64,000 nt of DNA, taken from Felis catus (Eukaryota). Under the pieces are notes generated by a model. That model saw only the letters and a list, made by a program, of their open reading frames with translations. It made no database searches and had not been told where the DNA came from. Every line of letters begins with the position of its first letter. The stretch's first letter is position 1. The translations under genes and the position numbers were made by a program. The stretch covers positions 73,346,001-73,410,000 of the forward strand of contig NC_058368.1 in assembly GCF_018350175.1 (NCBI RefSeq), written 5' to 3'. Shown here piece by piece: positions 36,737 to 48,972 of this stretch.

Positions 36737-39700
36737 GTACCTAACCAGTAAATAATCTTTCTTGCATCTCATTTCTTAGTTACTTTTTAAAATTATGGAG
36801 AATATTCTTTTCTGAGAATTGTTGTGTCCCTAGAATTATCAGTATTTGAATATCCACCCGTAGATAGTTTGTAAGAATTCTTTCCAGTTGTTGGAGATTT
36901 AAGCAAAAGAAAAGGACTTTGCCTTCTCTACCTTTTGGTGCTGCTGGTCTGGAGAGATTTGAGTAGCTGTGACCTAGCGGTCCTCCCATTTGGGAATCGG
37001 TGTGAATGTGACATGTGCAGAGGCAAACACCTAACACCCTGCAAAATCAGTTTCTAAACTGCTTATTGACCAATATTGTGAAAAGCCCAGGTTTAGTATG
37101 TAATGCCTGGTAACCCAAATAGAAATAAAGTTAGATTGAAACCATCACAGCCACTTGAGTTAGGAACCGGCTTTAGAGTATTCTGTGCGGTAAAGGGAAA
37201 GGGAGGTTTAGCTTTAATAAAACCCAGTGCGAGGCACCGCTCTGTGGTGGGTGAGCATGTGGCCCCCATGTGTTGTGTGAGGGTCCCTCAGCCTCACCTC
37301 TGCCTTCCCTGAACTCTCTTGTACCACTTTCCTCTCTGTCACTTTGGTTCATGTTCACCCGAGGGTCATTACCTGCAAGGGGAGAAACACCGCCTCCTCT
37401 TACAGCTGTTGTAACGAATGAACCAGAAGTGTTGAGTCCGCCCAGGAAGTGCTGCGATTCTTCTTCAGGATTCCGTCTGCTGGGCAGAATCCTTCTTTCT
37501 ACATGAAGTTCCTGATTCTGAACTGCCGGAACTCTTGGCATTATGCTACGTTCTAAATTGCTAGAACTGTTGGCAGTACTAATGCTGTAGCTCTTACGAA
37601 TGTTACAGTTTTTAAGCAGAATAAGATTTATTCAGGTTAGGTTGTTGGCATTGTGCGCACCCTTTCCCACCTTCTAAGGGAACAGTCTCAAAGGGTGCTG
37701 TTTTGTCCATTTCTGAAGTGCCAGGTATGTACAGGGAAATCTTTGGGGTATGTTAAATACGTGACCTTATTTAAACTTAATCTTCTAAAAGACATACCAA
37801 GTAGGAGTGTTTTTACCCCGTACCTGCAGAAGAGCAGACAGGCTCAGAGACTGCGTGGCCAGCCTCGGGTGCCGGAGCCGGAAGTGGGAGAGCCGATCAC
37901 ACCTGCTCTGCCCTGGCCTGGGCCCCTTCATGTCTTGATAAGCAGCCCCTTGCATTCCCACTCGTCGTGAGAAGATTCCCACGCCACTGACCTTTGTCTC
38001 TCGGCCCGACCCCTCCCCTCCATCTCCTTCATAACTGCCGTCTGCTGACAAGCCCCTTGTCCTGGTCCTCAGGCATCCACATCTCAGCCCACAGCCATAT
38101 CCCAATGTCTTCTGTCCCCGTGGGGCCCCTGGCTTCTCGCTGGAGTAGTCTACACTGCACCCTACTACCTGAATTCCACTCCATGTTAACCCTCTTTCAG
38201 GAGTAGTCTGGGCCTGATCACCTGTGAGAAGCTCATTGCCAGAGACAGTGGCCCCTTTGAGGCTGCCTTGACCTCACTGCAGTATCTGTTATCAGCTGCC
38301 CCCATCCTTCCTACCATCTGTTGTTTCTTAGTTTGGGAAAATAGTATCTCTTCAGATTTGTGTGTGTAGGAAATAACGTGTGGGCTCATTTTGAAATTTC
38401 AGTGAATATTAAGGTCCGTTTATCCCTGCTCATACTTTGGCCTGTCTTTCCTAAATCTTACTGTCCATGGAGGAAGCTCTTAATTCGCAGTTAAAGTGAG
38501 CTCACAAGACCCAGAGTAGTTGTGTTTTCAATCTTGTTAGTCCCTTTTTTCTCACAGTTTTTATCTCAGGTGCTGACTCCAGTAACTGTCAAAAAGTAAC
38601 AGTCTGATAGGATCCTGGCTTTAAAGATTGTAGCTGTAGTGACTTTCACACCTGCTGGGATAAAACTAGAAAGGAGGCGTCAGACGTGAAAATTAAGAGA
38701 AGCTGGTTAGTCTTTGGCAACCTTAGATCGGTTTGTCCACGCTTATAATTAAGGTATTTGCCATGGCCCCCTTGCTTTGGCCAAACCACGATGGGCTCAG
38801 ACATGCCATGCTGAGCAGAGGGCCTCGTCCAGGCCTGGGGGCTCCTTGTTCTGGGGCGAGGGCCTCAGGAGCGGGCCGCATTTCTTCCATTTCTTGTAGC
38901 AGCAGCCGGCAAGCAGGAGCAGCAGCCCAGCATTCATTTCTCATTTCCATGCAAAACTGTTTTTACTGTGGTCACTCATGTGTCAGAAATTGCGATAGCC
39001 ATTTTGTGATCTTAAAAATGATACGAGCTTTTCGCAGGTGATCCGGTATCAAGTTTCAGTTAAACTTAATCTATTTAGGCCATTAAAGTATCTGATTGAA
39101 GCTCTTCCTAAAATATGGCTATCGCCACTTTGATCGGTACCTAACTAGATTTGATTCAAAGATGTTTGTGGAGCAGACACTGCAGTAAAGCACCACTGCG
39201 AGGAACGTGAAAAAATGAACAGGACGCTCTTAGAAAGCGTGCGCTCTGATACAGAAGATGCAGTTGCTAGGTGGGGTAAGATTGACAGTTACAATGAATA
39301 CTTTAAAGTGTGAAAGCCCATGGGAAGCAGAGCTGACTTCCTTTTGAGTGGAGAAAGCCTCGTGGATGAAAGTACGTAGTCAGTTCTAAATTAGATGAGG
39401 GTGGGGAATGAATATTCTAGATATGTGGGATTCAGGTTACTGGATCAGAAAACACTGAAATAGGGGTCTTGTGGGTAACTTAATCCAGGCCTGGCAAGTA
39501 CAGCACACCTGTGCCACCCCTGAAATTCTGCCTCCTTCCAGCCCTTCCCGGGGCAGCTGGGTCCAGCCAGGACTGCTGTGAACGATCAAACCTGCCTTGC
39601 CGATCCACTTCTGTTCCAAGGCCCCCTTTCTCCGGCACAAGACGGGGACGGTGATTGTGTCCCACTGCTCGGCTGCTGTAAAAGCATAAATGCGGTGCTG

Positions 39701-40379
39701 GTGGCAAGACATTTCAGACGGCGGCTGGCCGGGCACCCGGTAGAGGAGAAGCTGCGTCCGTGCCCTACAGCTCCTAGGTCTTTTTGTTCCTGAGTCCGGA
39801 GTAACCAAGCAGTTCCCAGGCGCATTTCCACAGAGAGAGTGAAAGTTGGTTCTTTTAAGCTTTGCAACTCTTGGCTGAAAGTCTTAGGCACCTTTTTTGG
39901 CAAAGTTTTATCTATTTTGCAGATGTATTAAGGAGGGTGACTTTGTTGGGTTGTAACAGGTTGTTTTGGCTTCTTATCTTAATTGTCTTTCACGCTATAA
40001 TTCCTGTTGATTTTAGAGTGCCTGCAGATTTCATATGTTGCACATTTCACTCCGGGTCCTTCAGAATCATTCTCACTCTTACACAGTTTGTTCACCGGTG
40101 TCTGAGTGCCTCGGGGACACGCGCCCAGCGCTTGTAATCCTCATTGCCCTCACACGTGCGGGACATGAGTTGGACAAAATGCCCAGATCAGCAAGTATCC
40201 TAAAGACTCACACTGTCCCCTGGAGTGTAGGTTGTTACTGTATTTCATTCAGCGATGATTTATTGAGTTTCTGGTCTCTGCCAAGCATTGTCTGGGCACT
40301 TGAAATACATCAGAAGGACACGGCTCCCGCCCTGCAGCAGGACCGTGTTACCATCGCGACTAAGAGCAGGCTGTCCAGA

Positions 40380-40560
40380 AGTAGCTTCAGGTTCTGCGTC
40401 TGTTACTGCCTAACTGTAGGACCTTGAACAGATCTCTGTGCCTCAGCTTCCTCCTTGGCGAAATGGGGATGATTACTAACTAGTATCTTACTCATAGAAT
40501 TATTCTGACTGCAGATGAGTTCTGTATATAAAAGTGCACGTCCAGGGTAAGCGTCATATA
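40380..40560 (+). mobile_element. MIR
   Basis: gaccttgaacagatctctgtgcctcagcttcctcc...aaatggggatgat core. Confidence 0.7.
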
Positions 40561-40959
40561 GTGTTTGCTCTGTTTATAAATGAAAGTCTACTTCTGAAAG
40601 AACTTGTGTGTGTACAGAAATCTGTAATGATTGCTATTTATAAGAAATCTATAGAAGAGTTCCTTAGCTGACAGAACTTAGAACTGAACTGTCCTTCATT
40701 TCTGTTGGTTTATGGCCTCTGTTTCAGCCAGATACAGCTGTCGTGACTCAATCTGTATGTGTAATGCAGTGGCTCATTTGATGTTTGTTAGAAATAAGGA
40801 CTTTTATTTGATGGATAATGCAGATGTAAATACACGGCTGTACAATATCTCTGCGTTGTAAATCTGAGGCAGAGAACGCATGAATTCAGTTTCAGATAAG
40901 TCTGTACTTTTAAAAAATGATTTACTGATCTGTGAGTTATTTTTTGGTTTGGAACACAG

Positions 40960-41167
40960 TGATATGGACAAACAAAAATCTACCCTCGTGGATGCCCTTT
41001 GTAGAAAAGGATGTGCCCTAGCTGACCACCTGCTTCACGCACAAGATCAAGATGGGGCCGTTTCAGGTGATACGGAAGGAAGAGAGGAGGAAGGAGAGAG
41101 CACTCTGGATTCTCTGACGGAAACATTTTGGGAAACTACAAAATGGACTGATCTTTTTGACAATAAG
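40960..41167 (+). CDS. TPP2: TPP2 exon 28 (208 nt) DMDKQKST...LFDNK
   Basis: cacag| acceptor, |gtaacc donor. Confidence 0.97.
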
Positions 41168-42892
41168 GTAACCTGTCTGCCTCTTGTTTGGGCGCAGTTC
41201 TTGGGGGTTGCTTCACAAACCTTTCTTGGGCCCCATTGCCTCCTCTTTGCTGTTCCTCAGCTGCCTGGCCAGAAGAGGAAGACAATACATGGAATGTGGC
41301 TAAGCTGGGCTCTGAAGAAGACTCTGTGTTTAGTGAGACCTCATTTGTCTTGCCTGTTTTAAACCATTCTACCATTCTCTTCTCTGTCTGCATAGCAGCC
41401 TTTTGGTGGAGGCAGTTACTTAACGAAGCTATAATTAAGAGCACCTCGAGGTCGTGTTTGTGCCTTCCCGCATCTGTCTATGTGCTGATTTGTCGAGGGT
41501 GGAGGGGGGTTGCTGGTTACTTTACATGTCATTTTTCTCAAAACCTCTTTGACTTTTAAATAATTATCACCTGGATTTATAGCTCATCAGCTTTAAAATC
41601 CAGTTCAGAAAAAGTCACATTGATGAACTTTTTGGATGTGGGTTATAAAAACATTTTAAATCTCTTTTAGCCCTCTAGTAGAGTTCTCACGGTAGGGATT
41701 ATATAACTCCCAAGTTGCTGTCAGTCTTCCTTTCTTCTGGAGATAAAAATAAACTAAATGAAATCAGTGGAAATCTCCTGACCCAGCACAAGCCCTTGTT
41801 TGTGTTTTACTAGACAGATGTTTGTTTTCTAGATGCACTGTGATCATGTGTAGTACAGACCTCTGAGATAGGAGAAAAGTTTTCACCACAGCACAGTCGT
41901 GCTCCTGCCGCGGAAACGGAGTCCTAGGCAGGAAACTGCAGGAGCCAGTGCCACAGCAGAGCTTGAGAATTTGGATCTGAAATCAGGCCCTGGAGTGCAA
42001 ATCCCACTTCTTCCATTTTTATCTGTGTGACCCTCGGCCAGTTTCTGAAACCTGCTGAATGAGTACTCAGTACACGGAAGGGCCTCCGTGATACTTGCTC
42101 TTATTCCGAACACACACCTGTTGCACATCTGCTCCCCACCCAGTGCTGTGCTTGCTGCTGGAAAAATATAAGAGCCTGGTGGATAAAAACTTGACGAGCC
42201 TCGTAATAAAAACCATTACGAATAATCCAGTATCTCCGTATCTGCCGCAGTACTGCTGTATCAGGGGCCAGGCACTGTATTACCTGTCTGTTTAGCACCT
42301 TTGTAAAGGTTGAACACCTTGCTTGGCTCTAGAACACAAATAAATGTGATAGGATTGCTTTCTTTGAGGTCATTCTCCATATTCTGAAGGTGGACACCAA
42401 AAACGTAAATAAATGGTTACAGGTATATTTGACAGATGCAGTAATTAAAGGCACCAACGTATACACAAGGAATTGACAGCGTAAGAACGTGTTTGTATAA
42501 TAGAACACTTTTTTTTTTTTTTTTTTTTTTACTTTTATCCCCTTTTGCAGTTTTGGTAATTTATAACGAGATTTCATAGTTCTGTACTTCCCTCCTTACT
42601 CGCGTTTTTGTGATCACTTCTGTCAGCTCCCCTTTGCATAAAGAGGTGTTTTGGTATGGATGCCAAGAACTAGTGATTCATCAGAGCTTCATTTTTTTCC
42701 CCAACACAAGTTACCTGTTTTGTGGCATATTTAACTTTTATTCTTTCAAAACATTTTTGAAATTTGCTTGATGGAAAATGTTCATTTTAAAAGCTACACT
42801 TCTGTTAAGGCCTTCATCTTTTCCTTATTGAAGCTATAAGCCATACAGTGTAAATATTTCATAGATAAGCTTTATCTTGTTTTACCTTATAG

Positions 42893-43012
42893 GTTTTAAC
42901 ATNNNNNNNNNNNNNNNNNNNNNNNNNNNNNNNNNNNNNNNNNNNNNNNNNNNNNNNNNNNNNNNNNNNNNNNNNNNNNNNNNNNNNNNNNNNNNNNNNN
43001 NNNNNNNNNNNN
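42893..43012 (+). CDS. TPP2: TPP2 exon 29; only the first 10 nt (GTT TTA ACA T = VLT.) are visible, the rest is in N-run 42903-43034; end coordinate inferred from the expected 120 nt
   Basis: ccttatag| acceptor followed by V-L-T, the expected start of the exon; phase 0 on both neighbours. Confidence 0.85.
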
Positions 43013-43209
43013 NNNNNNNNNNNNNNNNNNNNNNTGTTGTGTCCCCTCCATATTGCATAGTGACAAGATAGAGCCTTATGGTAGTGATTTAGCGATACTG
43101 ACTTTATCATGACAGATTGCTACTCCAATTAATGTAACGCGAACTATAAAATGAAAGCATGAGAGACCGCCAATAAGCTATTTAAGTTTTTTAAACTTTT
43201 CTCATTAAA

Positions 43210-43419
43210 TTTTAATTTTTTTTTAATGTTTATTCATTTTTGAGAGACAGAACGTGAGCAGGGGACGGGCAGAGAGAGAGGGAGACATAGAATCTGAAGC
43301 AGGCTCCAGGCTCTGAGTTGTCAGCACAGAGCCTGATGAGGGGCTCGAACTCCCAGACCTCGAGATCATGACCTGAGCTGAAGTTGAATGCTTACCTGAC
43401 TGAGCCACCCAGGGGCCCC
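43210..43419 (-). mobile_element. CAN-SINE
   Basis: Reverse head and poly-T tail. Confidence 0.9.
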
Positions 43420-44189
43420 ATTATTATTAAATTTTTAAAACTCCTGTCCAGAAAGGACAGAAGGGCTGTACTTAGCCTCAGATGTTTACAACGTAGGCAA
43501 AGTGCATTATGAATTTTAGATGTATAGTCAGAAGACAGTTTTCTTTATGAAGAAAACAAACAGAATTGCTTTTCAGTACATGCTGGCTCAGTTCTAAAAT
43601 GGTTGAATTTTTAGAGTTTATATTTGAATATTCTTCATTGCAAGTGATAGGCCATTTTGTGATTTTACCACATTCTGTATTATATGCAGAGAAATTATGT
43701 GGTTGATATTAGAAACAGGAGGTAAGAAATGCTGTTCTTTCTGTACAAGCTAATTGTCAAGTATAAAGTTTACTGAATTCCAGAGAAATCACTGTAGCCT
43801 CATCCTGTCTCTGGGCCTGGTTTGTTCCTGAAGGATATATGGGGTTGGGCAGCTTGGTCATGCCAAATGTGGCCAAGGCTCTGGTCTCCGTACCCGAGGT
43901 ATTCTTTGAATGTAAAACTAATCAGTAGGTTCCTAGGGAAATTTTTTATAATTAGAGGAAACTATAGGTTATCTTTACTCTTAGACCTTTTTCTGGCATA
44001 CCTTCACCAGTCCCAATTGTAAGACATTTTAACTCAGTTCTTCAGATGTTTGAATAGGTTAAGAGAAGTCTTTCTGCAACTCACCATGAGGTGTGTAGTG
44101 TGATTCTTATCACATCAACTATAATTTGTGAGCTCTCACATCCGTAAAGCCCGTGACTCACCCAGACATTGACACCAGGGGGTGTTTCA

Positions 44190-44996
44190 TAACTTGTGTC
44201 CCCTCCACTCTGTTCCTGTACTGCCCGCCCTCCACACTGCTGCTGGGAAAGATGGCTTTTGACACCTCCTGGTGAAGTCCCGGCGCATGTAGGATAAAAT
44301 CCAGGCTCCTCCCCGTGGCCCATAAGGCCCATGTGATGTGGCTCCTGCCTTCCTCCCCAGCCACATCTCATCACACTTCCCTGGAATGGCTCTGGTCCCA
44401 TCTCGAGAGCCGCCTCTGCCTGGCCGAAGCAGCCTCGGCCCTTCCCACCGTGGGACCCAGCTCGTCCAGCTGTGTGGAGAGCTCTTTCCCCGACTGGCAG
44501 AGTAGGTCTCTTCGTCAGGTTTCCTCTTAAATGTCATCTCCCCGGAGATCCCACTCGTGACCATCTCACTTCCCAGCCCCTCTGTTATGTCACCATTGTA
44601 TACCTGACATGTACCTCTTAATTATGGACTCGCTTATTCATCTGCTCATGGATTTGCTTTGGCACTCTTTGGTTTTCCTGAACAGAACAGAACTTTCCTG
44701 AAAGTGAGAAGTGAGTTTGTTCAGTGCTGTTTTCCCGAGGTCTAGAACAGTGTTTGACTTCCAGTCAGACAGAGAATGAAAGGCAGCTAGGTTGGTAGGA
44801 AGGAAGGGAACAAGTATGTCAGGATTGAAGAAAGAAAGACAGGCTAGTAGAAAGACAGGAAAGAAGGAAGGTTGGGCGGGATGGTCATAATCACCCGTTT
44901 AGGTTGGTTGGTAGTAAAATGAGTAGGTTAGTTGATGGTAAGGAAGAACAATTGGTAGGAAGGGTGGTGGGTGGTTGGGTTGGGATGGAAGGAAAG
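44190..44996 (+). mobile_element. L2 remnant followed by degenerate purine-rich tetranucleotide tract (44778-44996)
   Basis: tgttcagtgctgttttcccgaggtctagaacagtg...gaatgaa, then GGAA/GGTA/GGTT-like units. Confidence 0.5.
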
Positions 44997-45103
44997 TTCT
45001 ATGTGCTACTTTATTATCATTAAATATTTAATGCAGAATTTACCCTGTATATTGAGCTTGAAAAATCTGTTCTTTAATAATAAATTTTTGTGTTCTGTTC
45101 TAG

Positions 45104-45193
45104 CTGATGAAGTTACTTGGATGGACCCATTGTGCATCTTTTACTGAAAACTGGCTTCCCATCATGTATCCTCCTGATTATTGTGTATTCTAA
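45104..45193 (+). CDS. TPP2: TPP2 terminal coding exon 30, LMKLLGWTHCASFTENWLPIMYPPDYCVF*
   Basis: tctag| acceptor; TAA at 45191-45193. Confidence 0.98.
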   Translation: MMKLLGWTHCASFTENWLPIMYPPDYCVF

Positions 45194-46055
45194 AATAGGA
45201 ACCAAGACTTCAAATTTTAAAAAAGAAAGTTTTATAGTGAATGGATATAAAAACAAATTTGTGGCATTTTTAGTCTAATGCATGTTTTCATCCGCTATCA
45301 AATACTGATTATTAAAATGATGTGTATTTATCAGAGAATTTGCTGGCGTGTGGCTTAATACATGTAAATCTAGACCTCTGACATCATGGTGTTTTTTTAA
45401 TGCCTCACATGGCTGGCACCGGGCTGTGCCCTGACTGCCAGCACCAAGGACTTTCGGTTGGGTTGCAGATATCACTTGCATGATAGGTTTTGAACAGTGA
45501 CTTTTAACTGCAAACCTGTAAAATTCTATTTTTTATTTTATAAACGAACAGGGTTTTAACATGCTCAACTTTAATTTTTTTCAATTGTATGAAGGCCTTA
45601 AAAAGCTACATTAAGCGTAGCTAAAATTATTTATTGGACTAAAAAAATAGCAGAACTTCATTTCCAGATTTTTTTTTCTTTTTTTCTTCTTTTTCTTTTT
45701 CTTTTTTTTTTTTCTTTTGGTAAAGGTTTACATTTGATTAAGGGGGAAAAAACCGGCACAAATGAGTGTGTGGCAATTGCTGGAGCATAACTGCTTCTCA
45801 CTAAATCAGTCTTCATCTTGGAGTTATTTCGGGTCAGTCATTTTTAACATCCTTTTGACATGCAGAGAGCATCAGAATGAACTAATAATACATGTATAAG
45901 TGCCAGACTGCTAAATCTTTATCAGGTATTGTAAAGATACACATATGGTATGTTTGTTAAAGTTGAAATAATGTAAACACGTGAATACATGTGCAAAACC
46001 AAGATCACAGTATATATACCATATGCATTCTGATACCTTGATTTTTTTTATAAAT

Positions 46056-46310
46056 AATAAAAGTGAATATTGAAGCTTCTTAAAGTTGGTCTTAATTTTT
46101 CATAAATAAAATGTGGGGCTAAAACAATATATTAGATCAATAGACAGAAAAATTCAGCGTGAGGTAATTTATATTTCCTATAGGCTTGCAATTATTTGAA
46201 TATACTGCCAGTTCTTATTATGTGACTAATTTTTATGTATGATTTTTGGCTTTTTATCTTTCTGGCTACCATACTTGCTTCTCTCATCCATCCTCTCTCC
46301 ATAAAATAAA
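46056..46310 (+). terminator. TPP2: Candidate TPP2 polyadenylation signals: AATAAA at 46056, 46105 and 46305 (also ATTAAA at 45311)
   Basis: Hexamers read directly downstream of the stop in the AT-rich 3'UTR; which one is used is unknown. Confidence 0.6.
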
Positions 46311-47467
46311 AAGACACACGTAGACGATATTGAAAAGCCTCTACTCAAGCAAACGTGTTTGTGTTTGTGGTTATGGTTTAAATCTTGTTCCTTTAGAATT
46401 TACTACTGCAAAAGGCCTCCGAGTTCATCCTGTCTGGTCACTCATAACTGGTTTGGGGCAGTTGACCCCTTTATCTGATAAAAACAGAGCCTTTAGGAAA
46501 ACTACAATTATGCTTGCAAACATTTTCCACACGATTTCTGCGCCATCTAGAATTCAAAGTCCCATCAGTGAACATCCACATGCATATTCTCGCCAACACA
46601 CGTGCTTTCATGCTCACTCCTGCGGGTTCCCGTGTGTCCATACAGTCCGTGAGGAAACGGAGAGGCTCGGAAAGGGTAGGGTGACTGACTGACTGACTGG
46701 TTATTAGAGAATCCGTTTTCAAACCCAGGTTTTGCAGTTCCTAGTTAAGTGCTGCCTGCATGCGCAGAGCCGGGGGGGGCGGGGGGGGGGCGGGGCAGCC
46801 ACAGGTGGAAGCTTGGGTCCTTCTCAGGTCTTTTGTGAGGATGCGCACAGCCCTAGAATGCGCGGGGTCCTCTACATACCCAGGTCTCGAGGCCCGTGTG
46901 ACATCTCCTTTCCCAGCTTTTCCTCCTAAGCCTTTTGATTAGCCCCAGCTGTTCGCCATCTCAGGCAGCCACAAAGATCACACAGTTGCCTGTAATTATC
47001 CAGACGGCCCCCCCTGGGGAAAAGGCTTCTGGGCCTGAGATCGGAGCCCCGTTACATTCAGACAGGCTTGCACACGGGGTTCTCTGGGGAATAAGCGTTA
47101 CAAGCTTTGAAGGAGCTCCCAACCCTATTCGGCCCCCTCAGGTGACTGCCAGGCTGCTGGTGTTCAAGGCGATCATGCAGCTGGAGACGCAATGGGAACG
47201 GGGCAGTTGGGCACGTCACAGGGTATGCTGTTCTGACTGACGTCCGGCCACCTCTGAGCAAACACGCCTCGGGTCGCGACATGCATGTGGTCAATTCCAC
47301 AGTTCTGAAAAAAGTTGCCTCAATTCTTGCCAGTTTTCTCAGTAACGGAGAAAATCTTCAAGTGCTTTTTCACTGACAAAATGGTCCCCCATTTTCAAGG
47401 ACCTCACACTTTTTTTTAGAATCCAATTTTAACATAAATTTAAGGTTAGAAACTTTCTGGTGGTACG

Positions 47468-47661
47468 TTTTGATTTTTTTAATTTAATGTTCATTTCTTT
47501 TTGAGAGAGAGCGAGGGAGACAGAATCTGAAGCAGGCTCCAGGCTCAGAGCTGTCAGCACCGAGCCCGACGCAAGGGCTCGAACCCACCAATCGCGAGAT
47601 CCTGACCTGAGCAGAAGTTGAATGCTTAACTGCTTAACCGACTGAGCCACCCAGACACCCC
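47468..47661 (-). mobile_element. CAN-SINE
   Basis: TSD ggtggtacgtt / ggtggtatgtt. Confidence 0.9.
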
Positions 47662-47910
47662 GGGTGGTATGTTGAAGTACTACCTGCTGAGTTATGTGAA
47701 GATACAATTCTAGGATCCTTCAAATGTGACTTATTTTTACATAAAATGCCATTGTTCCAGAGCTTTTGGATTTCTCACTTGATCCCTCAGGTTTGGGTCT
47801 TTTTGCTATATTTTTTAATGTGGAAGAAGAATTCAGCCCACGGTGGATTTTCGCTATCCTAATCTGCAAACACAATGTGGAGCTCCAGGTACAGGAGGCT
47901 GGTTACTGGC

Positions 47911-47938
47911 TGTGTGTGTGTGTGTGTGTGTGTGCGTG
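47911..47938 (+). repeat. (TG)12 microsatellite
   Basis: Read directly. Confidence 0.95.
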
Positions 47939-48514
47939 AGGCTGTGAGTTGCTGGCCTCCCTTTGGAACTGAAAAGCAAACAAGTGAGTTACGTGTTTTC
48001 AGGGGGAGGTAGCAAAATAAGAGTTTTTTAATAGTACGCAGTAAAGCATGAATATTTTCGGGGAAGTTTTGTTTTGGGGTTTTCTTTTTTATAAGGCTCA
48101 ATAAGCCCTACTAGTTCTCAGTTGGAACAAAAACTTCTATAATTACTACGTATGTCTTCTGTTGGAGGTAACGTCTTCCACAGATGATAGAATTTTGCAA
48201 TGAAGATTGGTTAGTTTGCTGTGGAAGTTAGACATCCACAGACTGGCAGGATCTGCTTTGAACTGTGTGATTCATAGACCAGCTCTGAGGGTGAAACCTG
48301 GGTGAGAGGCCGTGACCATGATGGAGGGGGGGAGGAGGGCAGCCCTACAAAGCTGTCTTGTCAGCCTCTGCTTTCTGTCCCAATCACACTGTCTCCATGG
48401 TGACAGCTGCACCCACATAAGCTCTAGAAGAAAGTGTCCTCAGTAAAGTCATTCTTGTTTCTTTGTGATTTGGTTAATACAGGAGGAAAACAGTACTTTA
48501 AAAAGCCAGGGATA

Positions 48515-48677
48515 GGGGGCGCCTGGGTGGCTCAGTGGGTTGAGCATCTGACTCTTGACCTCACGGTTTATGGGGTCGGGCTCTGCGCTGACAGTGAAGA
48601 TTGGGATTCTCGCTCTCCCTCTCTCTCTCTGCCTCTCCGCAATCTCTCTTTCTTTCTCTATGAAAGTAAATAAAAAA
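48515..48677 (+). mobile_element. CAN-SINE (internally deleted)
   Basis: TSD aaaaagccagg. Confidence 0.88.
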
Positions 48678-48793
48678 AAGCCAGGTACACTATTTCTGTT
48701 TCCCCTTTCTGATAATGGTGGCCAATTTTTGCTCCACAGCCACCGAAGGCAACTGAAAGAGGTACTTTCTAAAGAAACAGAGAAGGAGGTGCC

Positions 48794-48972
48794 GGGGGTG
48801 GGGGGGGGGGTTGGGGTTACTCAGTCAATTGAGCCTCCGACTTCGGCTCAGATCATGATCTCATGGTTGTGAGTTCAAGCCCCACACTGGGTTCTCTGCT
48901 GTTAGCACAGAGCCCACTTCAGATCCTCTGTCCCCCTTGCTGCACCTCCCCCACTCAGGCTCTCTCAAAAAT
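48794..48972 (+). mobile_element. CAN-SINE whose 5' end is a G-tract
   Basis: gggggtgggggggggggttggggttactcagtcaattgagc, then SINE body. Confidence 0.8.

Noticed and set aside
40880-41362. 160-aa ORF
   Set aside because: It is TPP2 exon 28 plus in-frame intronic read-through on both sides, and clear AG/GT sites bound the real exon.
16229-43110. ORFs consisting largely of X residues
   Set aside because: Artefacts of translating the N-runs.
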